Assembly: GCA_902608845.1 (NCBI GenBank)
Contig: CACLPR010000001.1
Location: 19,375 to 83,374, forward strand
Direction of reading: 5' to 3'
Length of the DNA stretch: 64,000 nt
Source: an uncultured Pelagibacteraceae bacterium
GTDB taxonomy: Bacteria; Pseudomonadota; Alphaproteobacteria; Pelagibacterales; Pelagibacteraceae
The position numbers and the translations under genes were made by a program. Each line of letters begins with the position of its first letter. Positions within the stretch are counted from its first letter, which is position 1. This document shows positions 38,700-48,811 of this stretch, in pieces. A model generated the notes under the pieces. That model was not told where the DNA came from. It ran no database searches and was given only the letters and a program-made list of their open reading frames with translations.

Positions 38700-41668
38700 T
38701 TGCCTTTAATAATTTCGAGAGTCCTGGTAATAAATCTTGGAGTAAGTGTTTTTATTGGATTAACTGAGCTTTTTAAATCATTTGGTGGTCCCTTAATCTT
38801 AAAGCTAACACCAAAAACACCTTCACCAGTTTTACTACCAACTAGGATGTTGCCAAGTAAAGGAATTTTGGATATTGTTTTATTTATTGTTGTTGCTGGT
38901 ACTAAAGTTCCTCTTAAACTTGTTACTCTATCTTTCTCAATATAACCCTCCATCATTATTGAAATGGCTGGTCCGAGTGCATAAAGTTCATCGATTTCTA
39001 TTAGATTATCTTTTGTCTTAAAATCCATTTCGAATTCATCAAATCTTATTCCTTCTCCTGTTAAAAGATCAGCAATTCCTTGCAAAGATGCGAGTGTAAG
39101 TATTTTTGCTAAAACTGGCACTTCTTTAATTTTAAAATTAGTAATTTTGAGATTTGATCTAGAAGTATTATCAATCTTAATAGAATTTAACTTTAATTCG
39201 CCTTCATCAAAACCTTTAATAAATTTATAATTATTTATAAATGGTTTTGGTCCATCAATAAATATATTTGAAATTTTTTCATTTTTGATTGTTGTTCGAT
39301 AAGAATAAGAAAATTTTTTATTGTTTTGTAAGATACCATCAGCCTTAGCTAAGAATAACTTATTTTCCTTAATATCAAATTCTCCTATAAATTTTTCAAG
39401 GTATGTGTCTTTTTCTAAATATATTTTATTTATGTTTAATATTAATGAAGTATTAATATTATGAAATAATTTGGATATTTTATTTTTTTTATTACCTTTC
39501 AATAGTCTTTCAACTAATTGTTCTCCATCAATTTGGTATCCAATTAAATTATAGTTATTTGAATTTTTTTTAATTTTGAAACTATTTAAAATTTCATTTG
39601 TATTTACAAAGTTTACATCAATTTCCTCTATACTCTGCATCTTAAAGTCAGGAGAAATACTTAAATTTAGAGCTGAAATATAATTCTGATTTTCATTTAA
39701 ACTAATTTTTTTTATGTTGAATGCTTTTTCTGATTTATTTAATAAAATTTCTAATTTTGCGGGGATATTATTTTTTTTGTAATATTGAATATCTCTTAAG
39801 TTTAAAATATTTTTGTCCAAATCTAATAAAGAGTAAAGTTCAAAATTATGTTGATTTCCCACAAATTTAATAAAAAAATTATCTTTTTTATTATTTAATG
39901 AGTATTTTCCATCTAATTGAAAATTAATTATGTCGTTAGAATATCGAAATGAAAGATTAGGATTCTTTATAGATATTTTATTTTCATAATTTTCTAAATA
40001 TTTTTTTACGAGATTAGATTTTAGATTAATATCTATATTATCAAAGTTTAAATCTGAAGTTACATCAAGGTTGTTGATATTAAATTTATCATCAATAGAA
40101 AAATTAATTAAAAAATTAGAGTCTATATTGATAATTTGGTCTTCTACCAAGTTTTGTTGAACATTAAAATATTTTTTAAATTCTCTTGTATTAATATTAT
40201 TGTTTTTAGTCTTTAGAAAGATTTCAACATCACTGATTTTTGAGCTATTTTTATCTAATTTTAAATTTAAAATATTATTATCTAACTCGTTATTATAGTT
40301 TTGATTTAAAAATGAATAATTACTTTTTAAATCTAGCTTTAATATTTCATCACTATAAATTAATTCGGTCTTAATATTTTTTAAATACAGAACATCTTGG
40401 ATTTTTTTATTTAGCTCTAATTTATCTAAATCAATTTTTGAATTTATAAGATAATTTTCTACTTTACTATTATTAATTTCAAATTTGAATTTATTATCTG
40501 TTTCAATATTTATACTTTCATTAGTTATTAGATTGGCATCTAATCCTAAAAAGTTCAAAAATATTTTGGGATCAACAAATGTTTTTTTATTACTAATGTT
40601 TCCATTTATTTTAATTTTTTTATTATTTTTACTTTTTAAAAATAATTTTAATTTATTGTTTTTATAATTATTTTTTGATTTTAAATTATTAGAAAATACG
40701 AAATTTGATGTTAAATCTGCATTAAATTGTCTATTTTCATACTTAGAGTTAATTGTACCATCCTTAAGAAAAATTAAATTTTTGTACTTTTTTGCCAAGT
40801 GTATTTCATCAAAATTTAAAATTGAATCAATTTTTATATTTTCTAATTTTTTAAATTCACTTAACTTAAATGAAAAAAAATTTTTACTCTTAATTGAAAT
40901 ATCTTTATTAGACAGAAAATCTTGTTTGATATTTGCTAATTTGAATAATACATTTGGATTTATTATTGCTTTAGAATTTTCAATATCTCCTTTTATAAAA
41001 TAGGAGTCTGATTTTTCAGCATTAATTTTAATATCTTCTGATACAAAACTTAAATTTTGATATCTAAATTTTAAATTTGAAATTTTTATCAATTTATCTT
41101 TAGTATCAAAATTAAAATTAATACCATCAATACTGTCATAGCCTAACAAGTTGAATTTTGCTTCTTTAATATAACCTGAAAGACTATATGAATTTATTTT
41201 TTGACTTAGAGTATCAAATTCAGCCTCTAAATTGAATTTGATCAATCCTCTTTTGATTTGGCTGTAGAGTAAATATCTAGATAGATCGAAGTTTATAGAG
41301 TTTATTAAGGATGTAACTCTATTGATAGAATTTTCTGAAGACTGAATCTTTATATCTTTAATTGAGTTTTCTTTTTTTATTAATTTTATAATATTTAAAT
41401 TTATGTCTGTATTTAAAATATTTATTTCATTATTTTCAGCAATTAAAATTGCATCTTTAGTATTAATATTTATTGAACCTTGAAAGAGGTTTAACTTAAT
41501 AAATACAGAACCAAGTTTAAGATTTAATCTAGAATTATATTCCTTTACCTTAGTATTTATAAAAGTATTAAAATTATCTGTCTTTACTCCATAAGTACTT
41601 AAATAAATTAGAGAAAAAAATAAGACTACTAAAGTTATTGAAATTATAATTAAAATAATTTTACGCAT
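38696..41668 (-). CDS. AsmA/YhdP-like (DUF3971) envelope protein
   Basis: N-terminal anchor, long beta-rich body and C-terminal GTLVP...IPLLGNIL..GEG.FG.SF.I.G...VNP; syntenic with tyrS. Confidence 0.72.
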   Translation of the reverse strand: MRKIILIIISITLVVLFFSLIYLSTYGVKTDNFNTFINTKVKEYNSRLNLKLGSVFIKLNLFQGSININTKDAILIAENNEINILNTDINLNIIKLIKKENSIKDIKIQSSENSINRVTSLINSINFDLSRYLLYSQIKRGLIKFNLEAEFDTLSQKINSYSLSGYIKEAKFNLLGYDSIDGINFNFDTKDKLIKISNLKFRYQNLSFVSEDIKINAEKSDSYFIKGDIENSKAIINPNVLFKLANIKQDFLSNKDISIKSKNFFSFKLSEFKKLENIKIDSILNFDEIHLAKKYKNLIFLKDGTINSKYENRQFNADLTSNFVFSNNLKSKNNYKNNKLKLFLKSKNNKKIKINGNISNKKTFVDPKIFLNFLGLDANLITNESINIETDNKFKFEINNSKVENYLINSKIDLDKLELNKKIQDVLYLKNIKTELIYSDEILKLDLKSNYSFLNQNYNNELDNNILNLKLDKNSSKISDVEIFLKTKNNNINTREFKKYFNVQQNLVEDQIINIDSNFLINFSIDDKFNINNLDVTSDLNFDNIDINLKSNLVKKYLENYENKISIKNPNLSFRYSNDIINFQLDGKYSLNNKKDNFFIKFVGNQHNFELYSLLDLDKNILNLRDIQYYKKNNIPAKLEILLNKSEKAFNIKKISLNENQNYISALNLSISPDFKMQSIEEIDVNFVNTNEILNSFKIKKNSNNYNLIGYQIDGEQLVERLLKGNKKNKISKLFHNINTSLILNINKIYLEKDTYLEKFIGEFDIKENKLFLAKADGILQNNKKFSYSYRTTIKNEKISNIFIDGPKPFINNYKFIKGFDEGELKLNSIKIDNTSRSNLKITNFKIKEVPVLAKILTLASLQGIADLLTGEGIRFDEFEMDFKTKDNLIEIDELYALGPAISIMMEGYIEKDRVTSLRGTLVPATTINKTISKIPLLGNILVGSKTGEGVFGVSFKIKGPPNDLKSSVNPIKTLTPRFITRTLEIIKGN

Positions 41669-42759
41669 TTATTTTATATAAAGAATTTTCTAAAAAATCA
41701 TCAATCTCGCCATCTAAAACTTTATCAGGATTAGAATTCTCATAATTTGTTCTATTATCTTTAACCATCCTATAGGGATGTAATACATATGATCTAATTT
41801 GGTGTCCCCAGCCAATTTCAGATTTTGAATTTTCAATATTATCACTCTCTTTTTTTCTTTTTTGAATTTCATGCTCATAGAGTCTCGCTTTAAGCATATT
41901 CATGCATGTTTCTTTATTTTTGTGCTGAGATCTTTCATTTTGACATTGAACAACAATTTTACTTGGAATATGGGTAATTCTCACAGCACTATCTGTTGTA
42001 TTTACATGCTGTCCACCTGCTCCACTTGATCTATAAGTATCTACTCTTAGATCTTTATCTAATATCTCTATGTCTATATCCTCACTAATTACTGGGTAAA
42101 CCCAGACACTTGCGAAACTGGTATGTCTTCTAGCCCCTGAATCAAAAGGAGAAATTCTAACTAAACGATGGATCCCAGACTCTGATTTTAAAAAGCCATA
42201 AATATATTCACCAGATATTTTTATTACTGAAGATTTTATTCCTGCTTCATCTCCTTTATGCTCGCTAATTAATTCTACCTTGTGATCTCTAACAGCTGCC
42301 CATTTCATATACATTCTTCTTAACATTGCTGCCCAATCTTGACTTTCGGTACCGCCTGCTCCTGCATGAAATTCTAAATAACTATCTAAAATATCGTTTT
42401 CATTAGAAAGAAAACATTTTATTTCTAATTTTTTAAAATCTTCTTTTAGATTTGAAAATTTTTTTAAAGTTTCCTGAACTAGTTGTTTATCATTTTCTTC
42501 ACTAGCTAATTGAAAAATATCATATAGCTCATTAATCTCTTTCTCAGATTGTTTGTGGGAAACTAATAAATTATCGTAACCTTTTTTTGTCTTTAATATT
42601 TTTTCAGCTTGTTTTCTATCATTCCAAAATTTTGGATCTTCTACAATGGCATTAAGTTTATTTCTTTTTGCCTCTATATTTTGTGTTTCAAAGAAACTCC
42701 TTAATTCTTTGATTTATCTTTATTACTTCAGATTTAAATTTATCTATTTCCTGTTCCAT
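41661..42759 (-). CDS. prfB: Peptide chain release factor 2 (programmed +1 frameshift after codon 23)
   Basis: ATG at 42759, 23 codons, then CTT TGA; the +1 frame continues to SPF and GGQ motifs; total about 365 aa. Confidence 0.95.
42687..42702 (-). promoter_or_regulatory. RF2 autoregulatory frameshift cassette
   Basis: Minus strand reads AAGGAG TTT CTT TGA A: internal SD, 3-nt spacer, slippery CUU-UGA. Confidence 0.9.
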
Positions 42760-45098
42760 TAATAAAATTTTAAAATATTTTTTTTATAAATTTCAGATTT
42801 ATATTTATCATTACTAATAAATGTCTGATTTTCAAATTTTTCTTTCTTATAAGACTCAATAATTGTTTTTTTTGAGCCAAAATCTGCTTTTTCCCCAGTT
42901 TCAGCATCTATTACCATCATTTTAATTCCTTTTGAAATTTTAAAAGGTCTAGCCTCATAATTATTTACTGCCTTTTTTATAAAATCTTTGAATATTGGTA
43001 GCGCGGTTTTAGATCCAGTTTCGTATTTTCCTAGTTTTTTTGGGGCGTCATATCCAACAAAAACACCAACTACTAAGTTAGATGTAAATCCTATAAACCA
43101 TGTATCAGTATTGTTATTAGTTGTTCCTGTTTTTCCAGCAATTTGTAAATTTAAATCTCGTAGTCTCTTTCCAGTTCCTCTTTGTATTACACCTTCGAGT
43201 ATTGAGGTCATTTGATAAGCAGTTTGTGGGGAAAAGATTTGCTTGAAGTTACTTTTTATTACTGGAATATTATTACCCTCAAAAGAAATTTGATCGCAAT
43301 TTTCACAATATCTTTTTTCGTTATTAAAAATAGTTTTACCTTCACTATCCTGAATTCTATCAATAATGATTGGTGTAACAAGCTTTCCACCATTTACAAA
43401 TGAACAGTAGGCACTCGTAATATTCAATAATGTTGTTTCTGCAGATCCTAAGGACACCGATAACAATTCTTCAGGATTGTCATAGATATTAAGTTTTTTT
43501 GAAAAGTTGATTATTTTATCTATTCCTAAATCCTGTGAAATTCTAACAGTCATTAAGTTTCTAGACTTTTCAACGCCATTTCTTAATGTAGACAGACCAT
43601 AAAATTTTTTACCATAATTTTCAGGTTTCCACATTTTGAGATCTTCTCCTTGATCAAGAACGATTGGTGCATCTAAAATAAGAGAGGAAGGTGTGTAATT
43701 ATTTTCTAATGCAAGAGCATATATAAAAGGTTTAAAAGCAGATCCAGGTTGTCTTTTTGCTTGTGATACTCTGTTAAATTCACTTTTTTTGAAACTAAAT
43801 CCTCCTGCCATTGCTAAAACTCTTCCACTGTAAGGATCCATAACAACTATTCCACCATTGACATTTGGTAATTGCCTCAAACTGAAAATTCCATCAGAAA
43901 TTTTTTTTACATAGATTAGGTCATTTGTTTTAAAAATTTGGTCAAAATTTTTTCTTGTCCAATTGATATCCTCGTAACTTATAACGCCATTTTCTTTGTT
44001 TGAAGTTTGAATTACAGTCTCAAATTTGTCTATTCTTTTTACAATTGCGATATCCCAATCAATAGTTTTCTCTAAATTAAATTTATCTAAATTTTTACTC
44101 CAATCTTCATTCTTTCTATTGTCTAAAGGTCCACGCCACCCTTTTCTCTTATCATACTCTAATAATCCTTTTCGTAATGACTCTGAAGCTAAATTTTGAA
44201 GTTCTAAATTAATTGGACTTTTTATATTAAATCCTTGTTTATGAATTTTATCATATCCAAAGTCTTGAATTACTTTTTTTCTTATATCCTCTACAAAATA
44301 TCTTGTATCCTCTATAAAAATTCTTTTTCTCTTTTTTAAATTAATTTCTGAATTAATTAATTCGTCATATTTTTTTTTTGAAATATAATTATTATCATAA
44401 AGATTTTTGATTACTAAGTTTCTTCTATAAGTTGCTAATTCTTTATTTTTGTATGGGTTATATTTACTAGGAGCTTTTGGTAATGCAGCCAATAAAGCAG
44501 CTTCTGAATAATTTAATTCTCCAATTGGTTTATCAAAATATCTAAGACTAGCAGATGCAATACCATAAGATCCTTCACCTAAATATATTTGATTTAGATA
44601 AAGTTCTAAAATTCTTTCTTTTGTTAAAGCTCTTTCAATTCTAAAAGCTAGAATAGCTTCTTTTATCTTCCTATCTAAACTTACTTCATTCGATAAGAGA
44701 AAGTTTTTTGCTACTTGTTGGGTAATCGTAGAAGCTCCTTCTAGTCTATTTGATTTTATTATATTAAAAATATTATTTTTTATTGCCCTTAGAACACCTT
44801 TGGCATCAACGCCTGGGTGCTTAAAGAAATTCTTATCCTCAGAAGATAAAAATGAATAAATTATTTTTTTCGGTATGGCATTAAATGGAACAAATATTCT
44901 TTTCTCTGTGGAAAAATCACTAATTAATACACCCTTTCCTGAATATACTTTACTGGATACTGGCGGTTTAAAATTTTTTAAAAATTTATAATCTGGTAAT
45001 TTATTTGAATAAGTCCAAAGCACTGAAAAGATTGCTATAAAGCTTAAAAATGAAAATAAAGTAAAAACAATTATCAGTCTTTTTATAAAAATACTCAT
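42759..45098 (-). CDS. mrcA: Penicillin-binding protein 1A
   Basis: EDKNFF.H.G, GASTITQQ, RKIKE, SAFK, SRN and KTG. Confidence 0.95.
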   Translation of the reverse strand: MSIFIKRLIIVFTLFSFLSFIAIFSVLWTYSNKLPDYKFLKNFKPPVSSKVYSGKGVLISDFSTEKRIFVPFNAIPKKIIYSFLSSEDKNFFKHPGVDAKGVLRAIKNNIFNIIKSNRLEGASTITQQVAKNFLLSNEVSLDRKIKEAILAFRIERALTKERILELYLNQIYLGEGSYGIASASLRYFDKPIGELNYSEAALLAALPKAPSKYNPYKNKELATYRRNLVIKNLYDNNYISKKKYDELINSEINLKKRKRIFIEDTRYFVEDIRKKVIQDFGYDKIHKQGFNIKSPINLELQNLASESLRKGLLEYDKRKGWRGPLDNRKNEDWSKNLDKFNLEKTIDWDIAIVKRIDKFETVIQTSNKENGVISYEDINWTRKNFDQIFKTNDLIYVKKISDGIFSLRQLPNVNGGIVVMDPYSGRVLAMAGGFSFKKSEFNRVSQAKRQPGSAFKPFIYALALENNYTPSSLILDAPIVLDQGEDLKMWKPENYGKKFYGLSTLRNGVEKSRNLMTVRISQDLGIDKIINFSKKLNIYDNPEELLSVSLGSAETTLLNITSAYCSFVNGGKLVTPIIIDRIQDSEGKTIFNNEKRYCENCDQISFEGNNIPVIKSNFKQIFSPQTAYQMTSILEGVIQRGTGKRLRDLNLQIAGKTGTTNNNTDTWFIGFTSNLVVGVFVGYDAPKKLGKYETGSKTALPIFKDFIKKAVNNYEARPFKISKGIKMMVIDAETGEKADFGSKKTIIESYKKEKFENQTFISNDKYKSEIYKKNILKFY

Positions 45099-45180
45099 TT
45101 TAGTTTAAATTATTGATTGAATTTGTTAAAGTTATGGCACCGAATTTAAAAAACAAATTAATGAAAAACAATCAAAATTT

Positions 45181-46947
45181 ATGTCAAAAAATTTATACAT
45201 TGATGCATCGCATCCAAATGAAACAAGAGTTGTTCTTAAAAAAGATAATCATATTGAAGATTACGAATATGAAAGTATAAACAATACTTTAATAAAGAAT
45301 AATATTTATTTAGGAAAAGTAAGCAGAATAGAACCTTCACTTCAAGCAGCATTTGTTGATTTTGGAAGGGAGAGACATGGTTTTTTATCATTTAATGATA
45401 TTCAATCTGATTACTATCAATTACCTCAAAGCGATTTAGAAAAAATAAAAGAGGAAGAAGAAAAAGTAAGAGAAGAACTTTCTAAAGAAAGTGAAAATAA
45501 CGAAAATCAGATTTTAGAAGGTAACGAAGAGATAAAATTAAATGATCCAGTTGAAAAACTAGAAGATGAAAATAAAGAAAAAATAAATAGTGAAAGAAAA
45601 TTTCCCTCTAAGAGATATAAAATTCAAGAAGTAATAAAACCTAATCAAGTTATATTGGTACAAGTATTAAAAGATGAAAGAGGTTTTAAAGGCGCAGCTC
45701 TAAGTACATTTATAAGTATTGCAGGAAAATATATTGTGTTAATGCCTAATACCGCAAAAGGTGGCGGAATATCTAGAAAAATTTTTAACCCTGGTGATAG
45801 AAAGAAAATTAGAAAAATATTGAATGAGATTGAGATTCCGAAAGAGATGGGCATCATAGTCAGAACTGCTGGATCAAATAAAACTAAAAATGAAATAGAT
45901 GGTGATCTTAAAAATTTAATTACAATTTGGAATTCTATAAAAGATAATGCATTAAATTCTATCGCTCCTTCATTAATTCATCAAGAAAGTGATATAATTA
46001 AAAGAAGTATACGAGATATGTACGATGACGAAACACTGAACATAATTGTTGAGGGTAATGAGGGTTATCAAAAAGCAAAAAATTATATGAAACTAATGAT
46101 GCCTAAACAATTAAAAAAAGTAAAAAAATTTAGAGAGAAAATTCCGTTATTTTTTAAAGAGAATATTGAAAAAAAACTTTTTGAAATTTTTAAAACAGAG
46201 GTAAAACTCAGCTCTGGTGGTTATCTTGTTATAAATCCAACAGAAGCATTAGTATCTATAGATATCAATTCAGGTAAATCAATCAAACAGAAAAATGTCG
46301 AAAGTACAGCATTAGATACTAACCTTGAAGCAGCCGAAGAGATAGCTAGACAAATAAAAATTAGAGATTTGTCAGGTTTAATCATAATTGATTTTATTGA
46401 CATGCTTAGCTTCAATAATAGAAAACAAGTAGAAAGAAAACTAAAGGAAAGATGTAGAAATGATAGAGCCAGAATACAAATTGGGAGAATAAGTAATTTT
46501 GGTTTACTTGAAATGTCTAGACAAAGATTAAGAGAGAGTAATATTAAGTGGTCTATTAAATTAACAAACGAAACCTTAGCATTAAAAGTAATTAAACTTA
46601 TTGAAATAAAAATATTTGAAACAAGTGCTAAAATTGTAGACGTCCATATTAATGAAAAGATACTTAGTTTTATTGAAACATATTTTTCTGAGGATTTAGA
46701 TTATTTTAAAAAAAAAAATAAGGTTAAAATTAATCTTAGTTCTAGCCAGGACCTAGGTTTGCAAGACTACAATATTGAATTTAAATCAAAATCAGGCAAA
46801 TCATTAGATAAAGTTGAGAAAGTTGAAAATTTACAGAAAATTTCCGAGGAAAAATTAGATAAAAGTTTAGATTTAATAAAAGAAAAAAAATCAAACTTTA
46901 AAAGAAAGAAATTTAAAAAAAGAAAAAATTTTAAAAAAAAAAACTAA
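45181..46947 (+). CDS. rne: Ribonuclease E/G
   Basis: EPSLQAAFVD, S1 domain with acidic insert, IDINSG, IIDFIDM and EMSRQR. Confidence 0.93.
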   Translation: MSKNLYIDASHPNETRVVLKKDNHIEDYEYESINNTLIKNNIYLGKVSRIEPSLQAAFVDFGRERHGFLSFNDIQSDYYQLPQSDLEKIKEEEEKVREELSKESENNENQILEGNEEIKLNDPVEKLEDENKEKINSERKFPSKRYKIQEVIKPNQVILVQVLKDERGFKGAALSTFISIAGKYIVLMPNTAKGGGISRKIFNPGDRKKIRKILNEIEIPKEMGIIVRTAGSNKTKNEIDGDLKNLITIWNSIKDNALNSIAPSLIHQESDIIKRSIRDMYDDETLNIIVEGNEGYQKAKNYMKLMMPKQLKKVKKFREKIPLFFKENIEKKLFEIFKTEVKLSSGGYLVINPTEALVSIDINSGKSIKQKNVESTALDTNLEAAEEIARQIKIRDLSGLIIIDFIDMLSFNNRKQVERKLKERCRNDRARIQIGRISNFGLLEMSRQRLRESNIKWSIKLTNETLALKVIKLIEIKIFETSAKIVDVHINEKILSFIETYFSEDLDYFKKKNKVKINLSSSQDLGLQDYNIEFKSKSGKSLDKVEKVENLQKISEEKLDKSLDLIKEKKSNFKRKKFKKRKNFKKKN

Positions 46948-47717
46948 ATTAGACCTTTTTTAGTTGTAGAAGGTGATCCTTCAAGATTGGGTACAATCCT
47001 TCCAGAAAGAAAAGACTTTCTTCCTGATATAACCGCATATTTCATTGCCTCTGCCATTTCAAATGGTTTTTTTGCTTTCGCTATTGCAGTGTTTATTAAA
47101 ACGGCATCACAGCCCATCTCCATAGCTTCGACTGCATCTGAAGCCTGGCCTATCCCAGCATCAATTATCAAAGGGACTTTTGTTTGATGTCTTAAAATTT
47201 TTATATTTATTTTATTTTGGATACCAAGACCAGATCCAATTGGTGCTGCTAGTGGCATAATAGCGGAAGCTCCAGAATTTTCTAATCTCTTACACATTAG
47301 TGGGTCATCATTGCAATAAACCATAACCTTAAAGCCTTCTTTTGTTAAAACTTCTGTAGATTTTAGAGTTTCAATCATATCTGGAAATAAATTTTTTTTG
47401 TCTCCTAAAACTTCTAGTTTTACTATTCTCCATCCTCCAATTTCTCTGGCAAGTCTTAATGTTCTTAAAGCATCATTTGATGTAAAACACCCAGCTGTAT
47501 TCGGTAAATACATTATTTTTTTGGGATTAATATAATCCATCAACAACGGTTTAGATCTATCTGAAATATTTACCCTTCTAACCGCAACTGTTACAATTTC
47601 AGCTCCTGAAATTTTAATCGCTTTTGCACACTCTTGCATGTTCTTATACTTTCCTGTTCCAACGATAAGTCTGGATTTAAATTTCTTATTTGCAATTTTC
47701 AAAATATCTAATTTCAT
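46944..47717 (-). CDS. thiG: Thiazole synthase
   Basis: SRLIVGTGKY, LPNTAGC, KLEV, PIGSGLG and DAGIG. Confidence 0.96.
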   Translation of the reverse strand: MKLDILKIANKKFKSRLIVGTGKYKNMQECAKAIKISGAEIVTVAVRRVNISDRSKPLLMDYINPKKIMYLPNTAGCFTSNDALRTLRLAREIGGWRIVKLEVLGDKKNLFPDMIETLKSTEVLTKEGFKVMVYCNDDPLMCKRLENSGASAIMPLAAPIGSGLGIQNKINIKILRHQTKVPLIIDAGIGQASDAVEAMEMGCDAVLINTAIAKAKKPFEMAEAMKYAVISGRKSFLSGRIVPNLEGSPSTTKKGLI

Positions 47718-47935
47718 TAACCTCCACCTATAAAATGAACAATTTCTATTTTATCTTTATTTTTTAAAAAAATTTTATTTAATTTTTTTTTATCAACTAT
47801 TTCTTTATTTAATTCTATTGCTACTTTGTTAATGGGAGTTTTTAGCTGTTCGATTAGATTTTTTAATGAAAATTTGAAGTTTACAGTCAAAAGCTTACCA
47901 TTGACTATTATTTTTATTTTATTATTTTTATCCAT
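47717..47935 (-). CDS. thiS: Sulfur carrier ThiS
   Basis: Ubiquitin-like size, ends IVHFIGGG, adjacent to thiG. Confidence 0.93.
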   Translation of the reverse strand: MDKNNKIKIIVNGKLLTVNFKFSLKNLIEQLKTPINKVAIELNKEIVDKKKLNKIFLKNKDKIEIVHFIGGG

Positions 47936-47951
47936 ATAATATAAGGTCTTA

Positions 47952-48395
47952 ATGAGTAAATTATTAATTATTAATGGCCCAAATCTTAATCTATTAGGTG
48001 AAAGAGAACAAACTCAATATGGTAGCAAAGACTATAAATATCTTGAAGAAATTTGTCTAAAAAGAGCAAAAGATTTGAATATTGATATAGAAATCAAACA
48101 ATCAAACGTTGAAGGAGATATTGTAAATATTATTCAAGCTGCGCGCAAAACGTATAATGGAATCATAATAAATGCTGCTGGATACAGTCATACATCGGTA
48201 GCTATTAGAGATGCATTAAGTATTTTTAAAAAACCTATTATAGAACTTCACATATCAAATATTTATAAAAGAGAGGATTTTAGACATAAGTCACTTATAA
48301 GCGCAGTTGTTACTGGTATAATTTGTGGTTTAGGAATTAACGGCTATATTTTAGCCATAAACTCTATGCATGAAATATTAAAAAATGAAAATTAA
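47952..48395 (+). CDS. aroQ: Type II 3-dehydroquinate dehydratase
   Basis: NGPNLNLLG.RE and ELHISN. Confidence 0.95.
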   Translation: MSKLLIINGPNLNLLGEREQTQYGSKDYKYLEEICLKRAKDLNIDIEIKQSNVEGDIVNIIQAARKTYNGIIINAAGYSHTSVAIRDALSIFKKPIIELHISNIYKREDFRHKSLISAVVTGIICGLGINGYILAINSMHEILKNEN

Positions 48396-48807
48396 TAAAA
48401 ATATTATTAAAGAGTTAAATGATTATTTGGAGGAATTTAATCTTACAGAAATAGAATACACTGAAAAAGACATAAAGGTTAAAGTCTCAAAATCTAGAAC
48501 ATCAAAAAATATTGAAACTGTAGTAACCGACAACAAAAAGGAGGTTATTAAAGAAGAAGTTTCAATTGATAACTCTAAAAAAATTACTTCACCTATAATT
48601 GGCACAGCTTATCTCGCTCCAGAGCCAGGTGGTAAAAAATTTATTGAGATAGGTCAAAAAATAAAAAAAGGTGACACAGTGATGATAGTTGAAGCAATGA
48701 AAACTATGAATCATGTACCAAGCCCGATAGATGGGACAGTTAAAGAAATTAGTGTTGAGGATGGTCAGCCTGTTGAGTTTGGTCAGACAATTGCAACATT
48801 AAACTAA
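48385..48807 (+). CDS. accB: Acetyl-CoA carboxylase biotin carboxyl carrier protein
   Basis: EAMKTMN biotinylation site. Confidence 0.95.
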   Translation: MKINKNIIKELNDYLEEFNLTEIEYTEKDIKVKVSKSRTSKNIETVVTDNKKEVIKEEVSIDNSKKITSPIIGTAYLAPEPGGKKFIEIGQKIKKGDTVMIVEAMKTMNHVPSPIDGTVKEISVEDGQPVEFGQTIATLN

Positions 48808-48811
48808 ATTA

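Noticed and set aside
41661-42759. prfB as a truncated gene or pseudogene
   Set aside because: Explained by the programmed +1 frameshift
47936-47951. TPP riboswitch upstream of thiS-thiG
   Set aside because: Only 16 bp separate thiS from the divergent aroQ, and no aptamer motif is visible
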